Shown in pieces: positions 20,931-32,170 of a DNA stretch of 39,159 nucleotides. A model generated the notes under the pieces. The model saw only the letters and a program-made list of their open reading frames with translations, was not told where the DNA came from and made no database searches. The stretch lies in NCBI GenBank assembly GCA_009602725.1, contig WELB01000023.1, positions 85,124 to 124,282 of the forward strand. The letters run 5' to 3'. The DNA is from Spirogloea muscicola. Lineage: Eukaryota. The stretch's first letter is position 1. Each line of letters starts with the position of its first letter. The translations under genes and the position numbers were made by a program.

Positions 20931-21494
20931 ATGTCGCTTCCGGTCTTCATACCGCTGTGTTTCGAGTGCGGGAGCCACGACAACCCCTGCCGCTGCAAGG
21001 TAACCTGGACTTGCCTTGTATATTTATACGCCGTACGCAGGACCTAGACCTAGTGTAGCTGTTACAAGCGAGCGTGGCGCAGTATGCTGGGTGGCAAGCG
21101 CCGCACTTGGCCAGCAACTGTGCATGCCGTGCTTAGCACCCACAGCCTTTCCCCAGAAGCCGCAAGGAAGACTAGGTTCAAGAGCAGCATCTAGGTGCTC
21201 CTGCTGAATTGCGCGTGCTGCTGCTAGTAAACCCTCTCAATTTGTAGTCCAGTGCTTGAAGAGAAGCAGCACCTTGCCGCCTTAGTCAGCTGCTCATGTC
21301 TGTACTCAGTCGAAATTTGCACACTGCAGGTTGTAGGGCCCACTTTGGGTTTCATTGGCGGCGTTTTAGCAGCACTTATTGAATGGCCAGTGGGTGCAAT
21401 TGTGTGGTGTTGCAATCACAAGGCTGGCAACAGGATCATGGGGCAGCCTTTTGCAGTCATTGGGCCTTCTATCAATCATGCCATCCCTATATGA
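20931..21494 (+). CDS. Small Cys-rich membrane protein, 77 aa (same family), copy 2
   Basis: Exons 20931-20999 and 21330-21494: MSLPVFIPLCFECGSHDNPCRCK|VVGPTLGFIGGVLAALIEWPVGAIVWCCNHKAGNRIMGQPFAVIGPSINHAIPI*. Canonical GT-AG intron. Confidence 0.88.
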
Positions 21495-23084
21495 GGCTGG
21501 TTGAGATGTACGTTGGTGCCTCTGCAGTTGCATGTCACGCTTGTGCTGTGTAGGTTGTTGGCTACTGTTCTTGAGCTTGTACTACACATGCTGGCAGCAG
21601 TCAGATCGACGAAGATTGCAGATTTCTGAGAAGATTGTACAGAACCTTGGCAAGGGCATTGCCGCTATCCAGCAGCAAGCATGGCTTTTGAAGATGGAAA
21701 TGGCTTCTGGCGTGTTTGTTGTCCAGCTGCCTTGGGATGCCCAGAAATTGACTCCTAGGATAGTCACAATTACAAGCCGGGGGGAGTTGTGTGTATACAG
21801 GCAAAGCTTAAGGAGGTGTCAAGCATCAATCATCATCTAGACAGCAATCGGCCATAAGCTGAGAGGCCACTAAGGTCAACCCAACTGCTGCTGAAATATG
21901 TACACGCGATTTGCAGACTATCTTTAGTCGCCGACACTGGTAAGATGGACCTCTGCATACTGCAGATTACATGGCCACTGCTACATGAGACTGAAGTCTA
22001 CATCTAATGTCCTCACAGTCTGCTTCTCCGGTGCAGCACAAGTTGCCTTCTTTGCTCAGTCGGCATGCGGCCTATGCAACCTCAGTTGGTGACGTCCTCT
22101 GGTCACGCTGATAACGCCTAGGACACACATCAGAAAAAAGTGCATAGATGTGTGAGTCTGTTGTGCATTGGTCAGCTTGGAGCCAAGTGGAGAATAACAT
22201 TTCTCACCATGGTGTTGCCTGGGATGCATGATGAAACGGCCAGGATCAGCATTGAAACGAGGTCACTATTGGTTGAAATATAGAATGTAGCCATTCGCAA
22301 AGAAAGGGTGCTTGATAGAATGCCATGATCAGCATAGGTATGAGGTCACGATCAGCATAGGTGCCGCCATCATCTCCCAATTACTACTGGGCTAGCTGAC
22401 TGCTGGCAGGCCTACGTGGTTCCTGATCCTCACAGGATCTCCTCTGCTGAGCAATCTGGAGAGCTGATGCCGTGAAGTAGCCGGCAAAGAGGACAACCGG
22501 CATGGCCACAAATTCAGCGAAGAAGGCAGCCCTATCCAGGAGTAGCAACTGCCTGCTGGTAGCGCCCATGACCAACAGGCTCCGCTTCGCTGAACTGCAC
22601 AGCTGGAGCGACTTATGGGGTCGCTACAGTGCAGCACGCAGCTGTACAATCAGCTCCTTGTATAAGCAGAGCCTCAACTATCAAGCAGCCACCTGCATCG
22701 GAGTCAAACCCAGAGGGATGAGCTTAGTGTGGGTGGCGAAGCGTATGAAGCGCCGCCGCTGCGGGCCCGTTGCATACGAAGCTGCCGCAATAGGCTGCAG
22801 AGGCGGCAGCTTGCTAGGCAGCGCAAAGCCGACGCACAACTATGCAGCCCCTTAAGGCGGCCGACGACCCCGACATGGTTGCTAGGTCCACGGCCACACA
22901 ACCTTGGGCTGCTCTAAGGGCCACCTTGACACACAGAAACAGCTCTGGCTGGCTCGACTCGAACACCCGTGCCCACATACACCAAAGAATGCCGCTGCTG
23001 GAGCCCAAAGTTGAAAATGATGGACGAAAGCATGTGTTGAGTGACAGAGCGGCCAAGCAACAAAGGCAAGGCCCATCCACGATT

Positions 23085-23735
23085 TTAAGCCGCCTGCTGC
23101 TGTACCAACCTGTTCAGTAGCCGCGAGTCAAATATGAAGATTGTGATGCCCGTACACCGGACCTCCACTGATACAGGCGCGTGGTGCGCTTGAAGTGGAA
23201 TTGAGGCCAAGCAGAGCCAAAATACTGTCCATGCGAAAGAAGCGCAAAGCACGGGACTACACAGATTGAAAGCCTTGGGTTCACGAGGCTGAGCAAGAGG
23301 GTGTATTGAGTGATTGAGGGTTAAACGATGTAAACAAAAGCGAAGGCTTCGTACAAATACAAAGGCAAAGGGGGTGGGCGCACGCTACCACTACCACTGT
23401 CCATTCCTGTTGGGCTGGCCTCTCCCAGCCACCAGTCAATCTGGCCGCGCTTGCATACCACTGGGACTTGCGCCGTCTGGATCCACCAGGCGCCGGGCTC
23501 GTTGGGGGCCGGGCACAGAAGAATCAATAATGACCGCAAAACGCATGCCGAGGCGGAGTCCGAAACGGGGCTGTGAGAGGAAGCGCGCGGTGCGCATGAA
23601 ACGAAAGGGTGGCCAACTTAAGCCAAAACATTGTTCAGGCAAAAGCTAGTGCAAAGAATGGGGCTACATAAAGAACGAAGCCCTATGCTAAGGTGGCAAA
23701 GGAAACAGTGTGGCGAAAGTACCCACGGGTGACAT
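23085..23735. mobile_element. Cluster of CRE-like 3' ends (A-type on -, D-type on +)
   Basis: YLTRGY* (-, 23114), A-like tips (-) at ~23173-23260 and ~23575-23735, and D tip gggctggcctctcccagccaccagtcaatctggccgcgc (+) at 23412-23450. Confidence 0.7.
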
Positions 23736-23924
23736 TTTGCCCACGGCCCTGCGTGCAGAGCGCGCAATCTCAGTCAGGGTGAAATTCCTCCTCCGATTTT
23801 CAGCCAGTCGCTACAAAGAGGTTGCGGTGGTCCCAGCTAAGCTGTTGCGACCGCTGGGCCAAACGCGACCATGTAAGAACCTGACGTTTTGGCATCTCCT
23901 TCGACACAGGGTGCAGAGAAGCAC

Positions 23925-25178
23925 CGTAAGGGGCGGGCGAAGACCCGGCTAAGGGACCTCGGGTCGGTGAAGCCCACGAGAGGCGCAGTACTGCGGCTGC
24001 AGCTCGCCGCCGCCGCCGCCGCAGCTTGCTGCCAGCTCGCTGCGAGGCGTCCGTGCCTGGCCCTTGGTGGGGTAGCTGTTGACTGGTGCCCAGGAGGTGG
24101 AGTCGCTGCCTGACGGCGGCGCCCACTAGGCGAAGTCCTACGCTGTGCTAACACGCGAGTGCGTCATCGTGTAGGAGGTTCGCTCCTAAGACTCATATGC
24201 CCCGATTCAATCAGGACCTGACCTCCTAGTTGCCTGTGTACAGAAGGCAGTCGCTACATTTGGTGTCAAAGGTGTTCCTGCATCTTGCAGGCCTTGTCTT
24301 CAGGATTTAGGGTTTAGACGTTCCACAGGCTGCTGGTGCAAGGATCGACCTGATGCTCTGGCCTGAACGTCTCGTTTGAGTGGACACGTTCATACCAGAG
24401 CGGGTACATGGTACTGCAGAAGGGTCGGCAATCTCAACATTGCTCCCAACCACCACAACCACCACGACCACCGGCATTGGCTGCTAGATAGACCCTTCAC
24501 ACGCGTACGACCTGCTGTCGGCAAATAGCCTAACTTGGGAAGGGGAGTTGCAACCGGCAGCCACTGGGCGGCTTAGTATTTCAGTGCAACCAAGATCGGG
24601 TTTGTGCTCCAGTCTTGGACCTTCCCTGCAGTTTCTTGTCTGCCTTACCTGTTTGGAGGTACGGCTTAGCGCGCTGCCCTGCTTGCTCGCTTGCTGTTGC
24701 ACCGGTATTGCAGACACTAACTACTCGGTATGGAAACGGAATTTGCTGACCCAGTGGAATCTGAAATGATCACCCAGTGATTCCCCTGGACAGCATGGAG
24801 TCGGGGAAGTCCAGTGTGCGCCCCAGTCCTTCTCGGCTGGCGGACCAATCGGCTGTATTGGAGGATTTGGTCCAAGAGGTGGCACAGCTCCGTACGACCT
24901 CTGGCCAAGAGGGCCTGTCGCCTCGTGACATGCGCAGAGTCGCACTCCTCGGGGAGCATCTGGAGGCGGCAGCAGCTGTTATGGACCCTGCCTCCCACGC
25001 CGTGCTGGGGGCATTGTGCGAGGTGGTGCAAGCCACGCATGGACTGCTGGCTACCAGCGAGCAACAGCTTAAGACGGTCAGGGCTCAGGTGCATGGGTTG
25101 CACCAAGGCCTGGGCCAGGCGAACAGGCTTCGCGGGTTGAACCTCCCGACTCCACCCCGGAAGTTTTATGGGTACTAG
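23925..25178 (+). mobile_element. Truncated Ty3/gypsy-type LTR retrotransposon: 5' LTR, PBS, leader, gag N-terminus
   Basis: LTR ~23925-24258 ends ...TACA, followed by PBS-like TGGTGTCAAAGG (24261-24272). Leader and ORF from ATG 24795 are collinear with 28359-29610. Confidence 0.8.
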
Positions 25179-26189
25179 CTTGTGTAATCAAGACCATCAA
25201 CACTCAAACTCAAAGACCTAGTCCAAGCCCGCTCTGCTATGCTTCCCGAAAATCGGGCAGAACGTGATGCTAGCTCGCCTCGAAGGACCATTACAAGTGA
25301 TACATGTTGTCATGCTGGCTACCAGCAGCTACTACCAACCCTCTTACAGGGAAGATAATCTCAAAGGCATTTGCAGAGAGGCACCTGGCTGCCTTGACAG
25401 CTTGCCTTACCAGAAATGACATTCTTTCTTAGCGGGGGAACCCAAAGGACATTCTGCGTGATGCAAGAAGTGATCCTGTTCCTCACTCAGGCACAAATTC
25501 TGACTGTACCTTAGATCATTAGCATCCCCCACGCTTTATTTGCATAGGTGGTGAAAAGGGGTGAAAATCACTTGAAGCTGTCTAAGCACTCCTTATGACA
25601 GCTGATATGCTGGGTTGCTGCTGCTGCTGGTTGCTCCAAAATCGTCAATCACTTTTATATTCTCCTTAAGATGAAAAGTAATGATTCCAGAGAGAGGCTT
25701 GAAGGCTTCCTCTGAGGATACTGACGATGTTGAGGGTCGTTTGGGTGCTAAGATAGTGTTTCTGTTTACATATTCTTGCAGGTCTTTCCACTGTGCCTAG
25801 GTCTTCTTACAGAAGGAGCAAACTGGAGAGCCAGCCTCAAAATATGGTCTGCATGACTAATAAAAGCCATGGCCTAAAGACAACTTAGTGGATGCCTTGT
25901 CCTTCCTTCTACTCTCTTCCAGTACTAGTCTGGCAAATTACTTGAGAAAGGAAAGGAGCTGATTTTTCCCCTTAAAGGGAGGTTATCACCAAGTCATGAG
26001 AGGAAAGGCAAGCTGGACAGCAGTATGGCGCCCTTTGCCTATCTGATACAGGACCACCTGATTCTGTCTGCTGATTTCTTAAGGTCTGCATTGCCTCTGG
26101 TACTGAGCTTCCTTTAACAATTAGGAGTCGTCTGAAGAGGCACTCATTTATATCTGACCTGCATAGATAAGCCTTCAAAGCCTCCGTCA

Positions 26190-26272
26190 TTTGGCCCCTT
26201 CGAACCTTCGTCAATTGTTTTGGGCTGGCTTTTCACAGCCCTTGCCCCCATTGGGAGAGCCACTTTCTTTCA
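26190..26272 (+). mobile_element. CRE-like family C 3' tip
   Basis: tggccccttcgaaccttcgtcaatt...gggctggcttttcacagcccttgcccccattgggagagccactttc. Confidence 0.75.
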
Positions 26273-26699
26273 AAGCCTATCGCAACAGGCCTTCACAGCA
26301 TCAAGAAGTTCAACGTGTGTACTTGATTACGTTCCAGGTACAGAAGATTGACTGCTCTAGCCTGGTGATCCATACTATGCCAAGTCTTTACAGCGGCGAT
26401 GTGTTCTCCGGCTTCGTTTGACAACATCGACAATTTCCCGCAGACCTATGGTTTGCAACACACTTTTCACCTTCAGAGATAAATGTCTTACCTCCCACCT
26501 TCAAACCAACAGCTTGGACTGACTTGATTGTACAACGTTCCCACCATCCTGTGAGCCCTAACCAGCGCTGACACGGCCCTGAAGGCACCTGATGGCGGCA
26601 GAAGCTCTGTCGCTAGCCGCTTGGCAGCATACGCTTGTCGCATGACCCTCGTGCGCCCCCGTAGACTTGTGCCATCCTGGCCTTGACTAATTTCATGCT

Positions 26700-28358
26700 T
26701 TTTGCGCCTCTCGGCCCTTTCAGACCATGAACATTCCTTGGGCTGGCCTCTCACGTCCTATCCTACCCAACCTCTGAGTAAGCGCTTTTCGCCTTACTAG
26801 AGGTCACTGAGCGTCCCCTGGCTGATGTCTTAGTCCTAGTCCTTCTCACTCCGGCTCCTTCAGACCTTGTCCATTCCTTTGGGCTGGCCTTTCCCAGCCA
26901 CCAGTCAATCTGGCCGCGCTTTCTCTTTTAGCCCCTTCGGTCCTTGTCAATCCTTTTTGGAATATAGAAAAACGCTTCCGTAGAAGGCGATGGCTGTGAG
27001 TGGCCCAGGAAAAAGAATGAGCGAAGTCCGAAGGGGCCAGAAAAGCGCTGAAGCAGAATTTTGTGTAATCGAAACAAACAAAGGCCAAATGGCCAAGTGG
27101 TCAAGGAAGCACACAGCGACCTAACTCCCACACTCCCACACTCCACACACCCTCCCCTGGAGGGAGGTTGGCACGCAGATGCACCATACGAGAGCAAGCG
27201 CGGCCAGATTGACTGGTGGCTGGGAGAGGCCAGCCCAAAAGGAATGGACAAGGACAGAAGAAGCCTGGGTGCGAAGTACTAAGACAGCAGCAAGGGGACT
27301 CTCAGTAACCTCTAGTCAGAAGATGCAAGTCTGAATAGCTAGACGGCGGAAAGACGTCGCCCTGACGGTAGCCGGAGGCCGCAGCCAAAGCGCGGCCGGC
27401 GCGCAGGTGAACCGCGAATGCGAGGGACCGCTGCAAAGAGATAGATAGCCAAGCGCATCGAGAGAATGGGGGCAAGGGCTGCGAAAAGCCAGCCCAAAAA
27501 GAATTCACAAAGGTTCAGAGGGGCCTTAGAGCGGTGAGCAGCTACAAAGAAAGAAAGAAAGGGCTCGCCCATTGAGGATAGGGGCTGGACAAGCCAGCCC
27601 AAAAAAGAATAAACAAGAACGAGAAGGGGGCCAGAGGAAGCCAGAGGAAGCGCTAAGAAACCAAAGTACACAAAGAAAGAAAGCAGCTACAACTCACTCA
27701 GTAACCCCTGCTAAGCAGCCGCAAATCAGAGAGGCTAGGGTCCTGGAAGTGGGTCCCAGCTACAAAGGGGCCTGAGGATGCTAAGGTAAAACAGGGGAAG
27801 AATGGATCACTCAGTACGTACGAGTGAGGAGCCTCAGATCCGACAGACTAGCTGCCGGGAAGCTATCACCCTGACGAAAGCCAGAGCCCGCAGCGAGAGC
27901 ACGGCCAGCTCGCAGATGCAGAGCGTGGGCCATGGACCGCTGCAGGGATACAGAGAGGCGCATCCGATATACCTGAGCCCACGAGCCCGCGGCGTTGAAG
28001 TCGGCTGGCTCGCCGCGTCTGCGGGACACAGCCCGCCGCGCAAGCCTAGCCTAGCCAATAGGTCAAGCCACTGGGACCCAAGAGCCCCGTGCACGTCCAC
28101 CGCCAAGGGGACGAACTCGTCGGCAGGTGGGTGGTCGGAGTGCTTGGCGCATCCGGTAGACCTGAGCGAGGGACCCGGCCACGTTAAAGCCAGGCTGCTC
28201 ACCCTGTTGCCCGTGGCGGCGGGCCGCTGCGAGCCGGGCAAGGCGGTGAAGCAGGTCCAGCAGCCATTTGGTGCCAAAGGGTCGTGGAAGTCGACAGCCC
28301 GTGGGACAAATTCGTCGCCCACCGGGTGGTCCGAGTATTTCCGTTCCTTTGCGCCAGC
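26700..28358. mobile_element. Mosaic cluster of about 9 CRE-like 3' fragments
   Basis: D end (+) 26795-26927, F tip (-) ~26965-27060, D end (-) 27190-27460 (SSYSDLHLLTRGY*), C tip (-) ~27460-27535, B end (-) 27545-27760 (SDLRLLSRGY*), and RLE fragments (-) 27811-28145 and ~28245-28358. Confidence 0.8.
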
Positions 28359-30140
28359 CATAAGGAGCGGGCGGACACCCGGCTAAGGGAGCTTGGATCG
28401 GAGCGGTGAAGCCCGGAGAGAGGGGCAGTACTGCGGCTGCCTGCTGCCGCAGCCCGTCGCCGGAGCTCGCTGCCGGCTCGCTAGGAGGCGTCCGTGGCTG
28501 GCCCTTGGTGGGCTAGCTGCTGACTGGTGCCCAGGAGGTGGAGTTGCTGCCTGTCGGCTGCACCTCGGGGCGAAGTCTCCCGCTGCGCTAACACGCGAGT
28601 ACTTCATCATGTAGGGTCTGCTCCTAAACCCCTATGTCCGGAACCAACCAGGACTTGACCTCCTAGTTGCCTGTGTATAGGAGCAGGTGTGTTAGAGGTA
28701 TTCGTGCATCTTGCAGGCCTTGTGTTCAGGGGTTACGGTTTTGGGCTTTCTACAGGCTGCTAATGCAAAGATCCACCAGATGCTCTGGCCTGACTTTCTT
28801 GTTTGAGTGGAAAAGATCTTGCCAGAGCGGGTACGTGGTGCTGCAGACGGTCGGCAATCTCGATATTGCTCCCCGGCGCCACGACCACCGGCATTGGCTT
28901 CCCCATTACCCATCTACACACATACCACCTGCTGTTGGCGAGATTGCCTATCTTGGAATTGGGAGTTGGAACAAGCAGCTGCTGGGCAGGTGAAAGTGCA
29001 AGCAAATGTGGGTTCGTGCTCCGGTTCTGGACCCTCCCTGCAGTTTCTTGTCTGCCTTACTTTTTGAAGGTACGGCTCAGCGCGCTGTCCTGCTTGCTCG
29101 CTTGCTCGTGCACCAGTATTGGGGAGACTAGCTATCTAGTATGGAGGCGCGGTATGCTGACCAGTGGAACTTGAATTAATCACTCAGTGATTCTCCTGGA
29201 CGGCATGGAGTCGGAAACCTCCAGTGCGCATCCCAGTCCTTCTGGGCCGGCGGATGAACTGGCTCTGTTGGAGAAGTTGGTCAAAGGGATGGTACAGCTC
29301 AGTACGGCCGCGTTTGGAGCTGTCCCAAGCGGAGGAGCTTCCGGCCAAGAGGGCCTGTTGCCTCAGGACATGCGCAGAGTCGCAGGCCTCGGGGAGCAAC
29401 TGGAGGCGGCAAAGGCTGTTGTGGACCCTGCCTGCCACACCCTGCTGGAAGGGTTGTTCGGTATGATGCAAGCCAATTTCGCCCGACTTGATACCAGCGA
29501 GCGACGGCTTAGGAGGGCCAGGGCTCAGGCGCATCAGTTGCACCAACGCCTGGACCGGGTGGACACCCTTCACGGGTCCCGCAGGCCTGCACCCCAGAAG
29601 TTTTCTGGCCAGATGGAGCGTGTGGGCCTCCAAGCCTAGCTGGACGAGATTACGGAGTGGTGCGGGCTGTGTTGCACGGATGAGGGGGCAAGAGTGCATG
29701 TTGCCTCTACGTACCTCACTGGCGAGCCTCTCCGGTGGTGGAACACCGTGAAGAAAACCTCCACTCCCAAGATGTACAACACGTGGGAGTTTTTCTCGAC
29801 CTCTTTGACCAATGTGTATAGTGAGGTCCATTTGGAGCTTGAAGCTTGTGACGAGCTTGTCCCTTCTTATCAAGCGGTGGCTCACAAGAAGGCGAGGCTC
29901 AATGAGGGCCAGCACTCCCTTCCCACCAGGGACTCGAGGTCTGAGGTGTCGGAGCCGCGCGGTTGCTTTCGCTGCGGCGACTTGAACCATTGTATCCGAG
30001 ACTGCAAGGCTCCCGGGCCTTCTACCTCTCGGCCAGAACGTCCCTTCAAGAGGGACAAGGGCGATGACAAGGGCAAGCGTGAGTACCCTGTCCAAGCCTT
30101 AATGTCTGAGCAAACAGCAAGCCGTCTGTCAGCTATTTGA
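28359..30140 (+). mobile_element. Truncated Ty3/gypsy-type LTR retrotransposon (5' LTR, leader, gag)
   Basis: LTR ~28359-28687 is homologous to 23925-24258. The LTR/PBS junction carries a small deletion. A gag relic follows, and no pol is seen. Confidence 0.85.
29205..30140 (+). pseudogene. gag: gag pseudogene (retrotransposon capsid plus CCHC zinc knuckle)
   Basis: PQKFSG...QA*LDEITEW...(frameshift) VHVASTYLTGEPLRWWNTV...TWEFF...CFRCGDLNHCIRDC. There is an in-frame TAG at 29637-29639 where Trp is expected. Confidence 0.85.
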
Positions 30141-30480
30141 CCTTGTTGGCCAGCCTGCCCACAAATGGACGTACCTGTCGTACGCTCATTTCCTGCTCTC
30201 TTGCAAGCTCTGGAGGCCGGTGGACCTTCACTTGTATGAGTGTCCCATGCTGACTTGCACATAGCAGCGAATGTGTACCTACTTTTTCTCGTCGGCGGCC
30301 TGAAAACATGGTGTTCGTCATTCTGCCTTGCAGGCGCTGCGTGATCCAATGAACTCCGCGTGGTTGTCGCTGCTGTGCTCGTTCACTGCGGGACACCAGC
30401 TCCTTCTGAATGGCGTCGATGAGATTCAGGAGAGGCCAAGCGCGACTGCTGATCTATGTCGATTACACCCCCTCAACCCC

Positions 30481-30814
30481 GCCTTTGATACCAAATGTTA
30501 CCGGCTCCTATACACAGGCCATTAGGAGGTCTGGTCCTGGTTGACTCCGGACATAGGGGGTCTAGGAGCAAACTCCCCACCCGATGAAGCTGCATGAACG
30601 AAGCGGAAGACTTTGCCCTGTGGCGCTGCCATCAGGCTGCATCTCCACCTCGTGGGCGCTTGTAGCAACTAGCCCACCAAGTGCTAGCCATGGACGCCTC
30701 GCAGCGAGCCGGCAGCAAGCTGTGGCGACAGGCTGTGGAAGCAGGCAGCAGCAATACTGCACCTCTCTCTGGGCTTCACCGATCCAAGCTCTCTCAGCCG
30801 GGTCACCCGGTACG
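30481..30814 (-). mobile_element. LTR (30814-30496) with tRNA-iMet-type primer binding site
   Basis: Minus strand reads ...GGTAACA-TT-TGGTATCAAAGGC. The body is the reverse complement of the LTRs at 28359 and 23925. Confidence 0.85.
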
Positions 30815-30822
30815 ATAATTAC

Positions 30823-31915
30823 TTAGTAACCTCTAGTTAGGAGCGGCAGGGCAGAAAGACTAGCCACCAAAAAGCAACCCCCTTGACAAAGAGCTTGGAA
30901 GAGCTGTTTCCTTTGGCCCCCCTTAGCCAGCTCATTACCCAGTTAACAGGACATTTGTAAGGCTAGAATTGGCCTCCCATTCAATTTCATGCGCACCGCG
31001 CGCCTTCTCGCTTTGGATGTTTATTTCTTTCCTTGGGCTGGCCGATCACAGCCATCGCCCTCTTCTGGAGCAGTCTTCTATTTGGATAAGCTTACGGTTA
31101 CTTACTACTTCGGCTATCCGCAAGACTAGCCTGTGGGCTTCGTTTGTGCTCACTTGTGGGTGCTCAAGGCCCCCTTTAGCAGGCTTTTGGCGATGTTGAC
31201 ATTGGCCCCGCTAGCATAAGTACATGCTTTGAGCAGACCCATGCTTTGTTACCTTAGCCCCTCTCAGATTTCTTTCTTTCTTCTTCTTCTTCTTACAGAC
31301 AGAGTATTGGCCTGCTTCAGCCTCCCTCTCATCAGTTAAGCGACCTCTACGTGCTGACTTGTGGTAACTGAGCGGGTCAGTTTAGCAGCAGGTGATGTAC
31401 AACAGTCAATGTGCCTGCCTTTGTACTTGGCCACACAGGCCCTCCATCACTTGATACGCACTCCATCCTCTCACTTCTTGCGCACCTGGCGCTTTCTCTC
31501 TGCGCACTGGCCTTCGCCTGATCAGTGTTTAGACTTGGCCTCCCTTGTACTTGCATGCGCAGCGCGCGCCTCCCCGCCTCTGGATTGTTTCTTCTTGTGG
31601 CTTCTAGCTTTAATCTCATGCGCACCGCGCGCCTTCTCTCTTGTGGAAAATCTCCGTTTGGTGTAGCACCAATCTTTGCCAAAATCAGCTCTACTGGAAG
31701 CGTCTTCGCTTCGTTGCAATGTTTCCCAATTGCATCCAACACTGTGTTCGCTAGAGGTTACTGAGCGTCCTCTGGCTGATGTCTTCGTCCTAGTCCAAAG
31801 GCATGGACTGTAGTGTAGTTCTTTTTCGGCACCTCTTTCTTTGGCTTGGGATATTGTCCATTCTTTTTGGGCTGGCTTTGCCAGCCACTCTTCTCTGTGG
31901 GCGAGCACTTCTTCT
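30823..31915. mobile_element. Mosaic cluster of CRE-like 3' ends
   Basis: ORF end (-) 30823-30890, A' tip 30915-31010, F tip ~31030-31080, E end 31335-31500, two more A-like tips to 31640, and a D/B' chimeric end 31750-31915. Confidence 0.75.
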
Positions 31916-32170
31916 TGTTCGCTTGGCTTGATCTTTTCCGATCCATCCACACGGCGCCCTCTCTCCTCCTGCTGCCCCACAGCCTTCCGCGGCATCGGCT
32001 GCCGCGCCGGCGGCAGCCGCGGCGGCGGCATTGGCGGCGGCGCAGGTTGCGGCGGCTTTCCTCTCCGTGCCATCGCCTGTGGCCTGTTGCTCAAAAGCCC
32101 TGCCTTTCCTTCCCAGCGGCCCGCACGGCAGCACGGGCTGCATTGCCACAATCAGGCGCACGCTTCCCTT

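Noticed and set aside
22326..22362. 13-bp direct repeat gatcagcataggt
   Set aside because: An isolated micro-duplication with no associated structure.
22384..22575. Minus-strand ORF with a hydrophobic stretch (AAFFAEFVAMPVVLFAGYF)
   Set aside because: No convincing flanking exons or known motif. It might be an exon but cannot be supported from sequence alone.
29184..30095. 303-aa minus-strand ORF
   Set aside because: It is antisense to the gag relic and has no recognisable domain.
30481..30493. tRNA gene
   Set aside because: Only a ~13-nt primer-binding complement is present, with no cloverleaf.
28359..30814. DIRS element or TIR DNA transposon
   Set aside because: No tyrosine recombinase, RT or transposase is seen. 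The repeat ends in CA followed by a tRNA PBS, as an ordinary LTR does.
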